The translations under genes and the position numbers were made by a program. From the IMG/VR virus record IMGVR_UViG_3300032212_000018, positions 1-49,765 of that record: a stretch of DNA of 49,765 nucleotides. One strand, 5' to 3'. The stretch is from a virus (taxonomy: Duplodnaviria > Caudoviricetes). Shown here piece after piece: positions 44,870 to 49,765 of this stretch. The notes beneath the pieces are model-generated. The model did no database searches. It saw only the letters and a program-made list of their open reading frames with translations, and was not told where the DNA came from. The first letter of the stretch is position 1; every line of letters begins with the position of its first letter.

Positions 44870-46304
44870 TGCTCAACTAATACAAGGTTTTTCAGATTCA
44901 CTTCTTAGACCGAAGTACGACAACCCGTTACCTACCCCAGACTTTCACAGAGAGCTCTGGAGACTGGCGTGTTTACCTGATAAGTTAGTAGCTATTGGAG
45001 CTCCACGTGGTCATGGTAAAAGCACAGCTATGACCCATGCTTATACATTAGCTTCGATTTGCTTCAGACAACGTAATTTTATAATCATACTATCTGATAC
45101 TGAGGGACAAGCTTCAAATTTCTTAGGTGATATCAAAGCCGAACTGATTGAGAACGAAGATTTACGAGCTTTGTTCGGGATAGATAGGTTACTAAAAGAC
45201 AATGAAACAGATTGTATTTTTCAGTTCACTGATGGGGCTAGATGTAGGATACTAGCTAAAGGTGCCGGCCAACGCTTAAGGGGGCTCAAGTGGCTCGGGA
45301 AGAGGCCGGATATGGTTATTTGCGATGATATGGAGTCCGATCAGCACGTAGAGAACAAGGAAGTCAGGGAAAAGATGAGGCATTGGTTTTTATCTGCGGT
45401 ATTACCTTGCTTGAGTTCAAATGGTATCATCCGTTACGTCGGCACAGTCCTTAACTTAGATGCTCTTTTAGAAAGACTTTTAACAGACCCTACATGGGTA
45501 ACAGCAAGATACAAAGCTCATAATAAAGATTATAGTGAAATACTCTGGCCTGAGTTACATACAGAGGAAAGTTTAAAGAAAATACGGCAAAGTTATATCG
45601 TCCAGGGAGCTCCTGAAAAATATAGCGCGGAATACCTTAACGATCCGATTGCCTCTGAAGACCGTCTTTTTCGAGATGTTGATTTTATCGAGATGCAGCC
45701 AGAAGACTTTAACAAGTCGATGGTGTATTACGCTGCTGCTGACTTCGCAATTTCTCTGAAAGAAAAAGCTGATTCTACAGTTATGCTTATCGGCGCAATG
45801 GATTCAGAAGGTTTGCTCTATATCGTTGATCGTGTTAAAGGACGGATGGACTCATTACAGATAATTGATGAAATGATTAATATTCAAAAAAGATACAATC
45901 CAGAAGTTTTCTTAGTAGAGACTGAAAAAATAGACAAAAGTATCGGTCCTTTTTTACGTAAACGGATGATGGAAGAAAATACTTACATTAATGTTCATCC
46001 AGAAACTCCTACTAAAGATAAAATAGCAAGAGCACAATCCATCTCTGCTAGAATGAAACAAGGCGCTGTACGTTTCCATAAAGAGAACGACTGGTACGAA
46101 GACTTTTACGCAGAACTTTCTACAGTTACTCGCTCTGGTGTAAAGGGAAGGCACGACGATTCCTTAGATGCTTTCGCGTGGCTAGGTCTTGCAATAGACA
46201 AGTTCTGGAACGCTCCAACTTTCGCTGAAATTGATCAGGAAGAATACGAGGATGAAATGTTCGAATACATGGATCTCGGTGCTTCTGAAATTACAGGTTA
46301 CTGA
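44838..46304 (+). CDS. terL: Terminase large subunit
   Basis: Walker A APRGHGKST, LRG, Walker B ICDDME, GT, nuclease AADFA and HDD..DA. Confidence 0.92.
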   Translation: MTQTSTSIQFDAQLIQGFSDSLLRPKYDNPLPTPDFHRELWRLACLPDKLVAIGAPRGHGKSTAMTHAYTLASICFRQRNFIIILSDTEGQASNFLGDIKAELIENEDLRALFGIDRLLKDNETDCIFQFTDGARCRILAKGAGQRLRGLKWLGKRPDMVICDDMESDQHVENKEVREKMRHWFLSAVLPCLSSNGIIRYVGTVLNLDALLERLLTDPTWVTARYKAHNKDYSEILWPELHTEESLKKIRQSYIVQGAPEKYSAEYLNDPIASEDRLFRDVDFIEMQPEDFNKSMVYYAAADFAISLKEKADSTVMLIGAMDSEGLLYIVDRVKGRMDSLQIIDEMINIQKRYNPEVFLVETEKIDKSIGPFLRKRMMEENTYINVHPETPTKDKIARAQSISARMKQGAVRFHKENDWYEDFYAELSTVTRSGVKGRHDDSLDAFAWLGLAIDKFWNAPTFAEIDQEEYEDEMFEYMDLGASEITGY

Positions 46305-46634
46305 ATGAAAATCTTAAAAACACTGAAGTTAGCGACCGAGGCTGATTTATCTGAGGCATCCTTTGAACAAGCTTGTGACGATCTTGTTTATACGTTATCA
46401 GATAGTAAAATAAGAGATCAACTGTATCCTAGTCATATACATTACCCAACACCAAATACAGATTTTATCTTAGAAGTTCCGTTTTTTGCAGTGGATGACG
46501 GCTTACAAATCATGGCACGTTTTAGAAATTGTGATTTAAAAGTCAGGCGAGATATGGGTACATACGAGTGGAGGGTTATCATGGCTCCTACTTTTTCTGA
46601 ATACGCTATAGATTTAGTCAGTGAAGGCGATTAA
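46305..46634 (+). CDS. Small protein homologous to part of the major capsid protein (A-domain-like)
   Basis: ADLSEASFEQAC versus capsid ADLSEASLEQAC. Confidence 0.6.
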   Translation: MKILKTLKLATEADLSEASFEQACDDLVYTLSDSKIRDQLYPSHIHYPTPNTDFILEVPFFAVDDGLQIMARFRNCDLKVRRDMGTYEWRVIMAPTFSEYAIDLVSEGD

Positions 46635-48577
46635 TGCTTGATTTAAACGATGTATTACAATCCGATAACGTCCTTGACCTGCTTGATGAGGATCAGACGC
46701 TTGAGATCGCTCAGTCAGTCTTCCAAGGCTACCAAGACGATCTTAGCTCTCGTGGTGACTGGAACAATAGAATCGAGAAGTGGACTAAACTAGCTGCTCA
46801 GGTACAAGAGGTTAAAAATACCCCTTGGCCTAACGCCAGTAACGTGAAGTTCCCTTTAGTCACAGAAGCGTGTATTCAATTCAGCTCACGGATGTACCCT
46901 GCTATTGTCCAGGGTGTCTCTCCAGCTAAAGGTCGTGTCATTGGTTACGACCTCGACGGACAGAAACTAGAACGTGCTACGAGACTATCTAAACATATCA
47001 GTTATCAGCTTTTAGAGCAAATGACTGAGTGGGAAGAGATGCATGACCGGATGAGTATGATTGTCGGTCTAGCGGGTTCAGCATTCAAGAAAAGTTATTA
47101 TTGCCCAATCAAGAGGCGTAATGTCTCTGAGCTGGTTCTTCCACAGAACTTCGTAGTGAATTATTACACGAAAGACTTAGAATCATGCCGCAGGTACTCG
47201 CACGAGACCGAGATTCATGGTAATGATATCGTTAGCATGCAGCGTATGGGTTTGTACTCTGATGTAGACCTCAGAACACCTCAGCAGAAAGAAGATGCTC
47301 TTAAGAACACTGTACATGGTTTATCAGCTCCAAGGGTTGATTCAACAACACCTTACGACTGTATCGAACAGCACATGTACCTTGACCTTGACGAAGATGG
47401 GTATCAAGAACCTTACATTGCAACACTTGACCTGAACAGTAAAGAGCTGCTACGTTTAGTCCCTTGCTTTAGTGATATGAATATCACGTACAACTTCGAT
47501 GGTGAGATTCAAGATATCAAGAAAGACCAGTACTTCACTAAGTACGGTTTATTACCGTCACCAGATGGCTCTTTTTACGATTACGGTTTCGGTCAGTACG
47601 TCGGACCTGTGAATGAAGCAGTTGATACACTGTTTAATCAGCTGATTGATGCAGGTACTCTATCTAACATGGGTGGTGGCTTCATCAGTAAAGGTATCCG
47701 TCTGAAAGGTGGCACTCAAAGACGTAGGATTGGTGAATGGATGCCTGTTAATGCTACAGGTGATGACTTACGTAAGGGTATCTTCCCGAATCCAATTAAA
47801 GAGCCTTCACCTACACTGCTTAACCTAGCTACCTTCTTGATTAATGCAGGACAGCGATTAGCAGGTACTATCGATTCAATGGTAGGTGAGAACCCAGGCC
47901 AGAACCAGAAAGCTACGACTACAATGGCTGTAATGGATCAGGGTCAGAAAGTATTCTCAGGTATTTATAAGCGTTTCTTACGTTCATTCAAACAAGAGTT
48001 AAAGGTTATTTACAACCTGAACAAGAAATACCTTGAGCCTGAAGAGTACTTCACTGTTTTAGACACTAACGTACCAACGAATATCCTGTTACAAGATTAT
48101 CAGAACGACGACTTAGACGTTGTACCCTCAGCTGATCCTAGTTACACGAACGAGCAGCAAAAGCTTGAAAAAGCAATGGCTGCATTTGAACTAGCTCAGG
48201 CAGGTATGGCGAATCCAGCGGTAGCGGCACGTTTAATTGTTGACGCGAGAGAGTTACCAAATCCTGAACAATTACTAACATTACCAGAGCGTCAACCAAC
48301 ACTAGATGAACAGAAGTTCGAAGATGAGAGTATGCGTTCTTGGACTGATTTAAAACTTAGAACTATTGAAGTAATCTCTACAGCTAAAGGCAAAGATGCC
48401 AAGGCACTGTTAGATATTGCTACAGCTGAAGGCGTAGAGCCTGGACAGCAATTAGAAGTTTACAAAACTTTACTTGCAGAATTAGGTAAAGATATAGATA
48501 GAGAACTAAGCCAACAGGAGGCTACAAGTGGAACAACTACAGGTGGAGCAGAAACTCCAACGACTGGAGGAACTTGA
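46634..48577 (+). CDS. Portal protein
   Basis: 647 aa after terL; PWPNASNV, G.AFKK.YY, NQLIDAGTLSN, KEPS..L, S.IYKR motifs. Confidence 0.9.
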   Translation: MLDLNDVLQSDNVLDLLDEDQTLEIAQSVFQGYQDDLSSRGDWNNRIEKWTKLAAQVQEVKNTPWPNASNVKFPLVTEACIQFSSRMYPAIVQGVSPAKGRVIGYDLDGQKLERATRLSKHISYQLLEQMTEWEEMHDRMSMIVGLAGSAFKKSYYCPIKRRNVSELVLPQNFVVNYYTKDLESCRRYSHETEIHGNDIVSMQRMGLYSDVDLRTPQQKEDALKNTVHGLSAPRVDSTTPYDCIEQHMYLDLDEDGYQEPYIATLDLNSKELLRLVPCFSDMNITYNFDGEIQDIKKDQYFTKYGLLPSPDGSFYDYGFGQYVGPVNEAVDTLFNQLIDAGTLSNMGGGFISKGIRLKGGTQRRRIGEWMPVNATGDDLRKGIFPNPIKEPSPTLLNLATFLINAGQRLAGTIDSMVGENPGQNQKATTTMAVMDQGQKVFSGIYKRFLRSFKQELKVIYNLNKKYLEPEEYFTVLDTNVPTNILLQDYQNDDLDVVPSADPSYTNEQQKLEKAMAAFELAQAGMANPAVAARLIVDARELPNPEQLLTLPERQPTLDEQKFEDESMRSWTDLKLRTIEVISTAKGKDAKALLDIATAEGVEPGQQLEVYKTLLAELGKDIDRELSQQEATSGTTTGGAETPTTGGT

Positions 48578-48794
48578 GGGGCTAATTACAGAAGAACTGT
48601 TCAATGAGTGGAAAGACCATCCTATAACAGAGTACTGTAAATTAAATCTTGAGATAAAACTACAAGGTCGTGAAGACTTCTTAAAAGAAGCTTCTTATAT
48701 AAACGAAGAGAAAGGTCTTCTCCAAGCAGCAGAGGCAAGAGGTTTAATCCTTGCTTATAAAGATATGTTAGATATTAGCTGGGAGGATGAATGA
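48528..48794 (+). CDS. Small conserved protein following the portal
   Basis: AGGAGG RBS, GTG start, F.EWK.HP.T motif. Confidence 0.6.
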   Translation: MEQLQVEQKLQRLEELEGLITEELFNEWKDHPITEYCKLNLEIKLQGREDFLKEASYINEEKGLLQAAEARGLILAYKDMLDISWEDE

Positions 48795-49135
48795 TTAAAG
48801 GTAAACCCGCAGGTCATAGAGTCCTGATACAGCCTGACAAGGTTGAAGAAACAGATGAGTTGTACAAACGTGCTGCTGAAGTCGGTATTGATCTCTCTCA
48901 TACACAAGAGAAAGAACGTGAAGATGCTGCTCAGACAATAGGCATAATCCTTCAAATAGGGGATACAGCTTGGAAAGACTACAAATGCGAACCTTGGGCT
49001 AAAGTTGGTGATAGGGTAGCGTACGGTAGATATTCAGGTAAAGTAATCTTAGATCCAGATACAGGTGAAGAACTCTGGATTATTAACGATGATGACGTTC
49101 AGTACGTCTTCGGTGAAACCGAGAGTGGAGCATAG
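48791..49135 (+). CDS. Co-chaperonin GroES-like protein
   Basis: P.GHRVLI.PD, G.I..IG, KVGDRV.YGRYSG, IINDDDV. Confidence 0.75.
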   Translation: MIKGKPAGHRVLIQPDKVEETDELYKRAAEVGIDLSHTQEKEREDAAQTIGIILQIGDTAWKDYKCEPWAKVGDRVAYGRYSGKVILDPDTGEELWIINDDDVQYVFGETESGA

Positions 49136-49136
49136 A

Positions 49137-49765
49137 ATGAGCGAAGAGCTTGAACAATCCTCTGATGAGGAAGTAATAATTCCATCTAAAGATCAACTTC
49201 TTGATATGATTGATGGTAAAGATGTAGACCTAAGTACAGAACCAGCAGAACCATCTCCTGATGCAGAACCTGAGTACACTGAGGTTGAGCAACAAGCAAT
49301 GGAACAAGGTTGGAAACCAGACGGTGCAGAGGGTAAACGAAACCTCTCAGCTGAAGAGTTCCTTGACCGGAAACCTCTGTACGACAGAGCACACAAGCAA
49401 GACAAACAGATTAAAAGTATGCAAGAAGCCATTGATGCAATGGTTCAGCAGAACAAAAGTATCAGCGAGCGGGAATACAACCGCGCACTGGCAGACCTTG
49501 AAGCTAAGATGGGCGATGCTGTTGATAACATGGACAAAGAGGCAGCTACTGAAGTCTCTAAAGAGATTGCTGCACTTGAAGCAAGTAAACCAAGTCCAGA
49601 GAAACCAGCAGACCCGAATGAGCCTCCACAGGACTTCCTTGACTTCTTAGAGGACAACAGCTGGTACAATTTACAGTCAGATGATTACGATGTCGATAAG
49701 TCTATTTACGCTGACGCTATCGGTAAACAAATCCAGGCACGTAATCCTGACCTACCCGTAAAAGA
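49137..49765 (+). CDS. Capsid scaffolding protein, N-terminal part (continues across the junction to 347; about 282 aa)
   Basis: ATG at 49137 after GGAG. Acidic and coiled-coil-like (AMEQGWKP...LSAEEFLDR). In frame with 129..347 on circularisation, and placed between portal/GroES and the capsid genes. Confidence 0.75.
   Translation, partial: MSEELEQSSDEEVIIPSKDQLLDMIDGKDVDLSTEPAEPSPDAEPEYTEVEQQAMEQGWKPDGAEGKRNLSAEEFLDRKPLYDRAHKQDKQIKSMQEAIDAMVQQNKSISEREYNRALADLEAKMGDAVDNMDKEAATEVSKEIAALEASKPSPEKPADPNEPPQDFLDFLEDNSWYNLQSDDYDVDKSIYADAIGKQIQARNPDLPVK
49639..49765. repeat. Terminal direct repeat, identical to 1-127
   Basis: Exact match to the first 127 nt. Confidence 0.95.

Noticed and set aside
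1445-48577. Stop-codon reassignment suggested by the tRNA with a TAG anticodon
   Set aside because: Anticodon TAG reads CTA (Leu), and the genes are full length under the standard code with all three stops used.

Overview
The window is the apparently complete genome of a lytic dsDNA podovirus, about 49.6 kb. Bases 1-127 repeat exactly at 49639-49765, which looks like an assembly circularisation overlap. The + strand arm (about 41.2 kb to the end, continuing 1-17976) carries a tRNA cluster, terminase, portal, a GroES-like co-chaperonin, scaffold, major capsid, several decoration/fibre proteins, a P22-like tail and ejection module, a beta-helix tailspike and holins. The - strand arm (about 40.4 kb down to 17973) carries early host-takeover genes (Ocr-like, Lar-like, metallopeptidase), a T7-type primase-helicase, a family A polymerase split by an HNH gene, SSB, a PAPS-reductase-family protein, nucleases, a class II ribonucleotide reductase and an M15 endolysin. 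No integrase, repressor, RNA polymerase or sigma factor was recognised. The most notable observations are: (i) three intergenic sigmaE/AlgU-type promoter motifs (TTGAACTT-N15-GTC[A/T]AA), which suggest middle/late transcription by the host envelope-stress sigma factor; (ii) a small gene between terminase and portal that resembles a free-standing copy of the capsid A-domain; (iii) tandem DnaA boxes beside an AT-rich tract; (iv) non-canonical tRNA-like RNAs. All functional calls come from motif recognition by eye; no database search was run.
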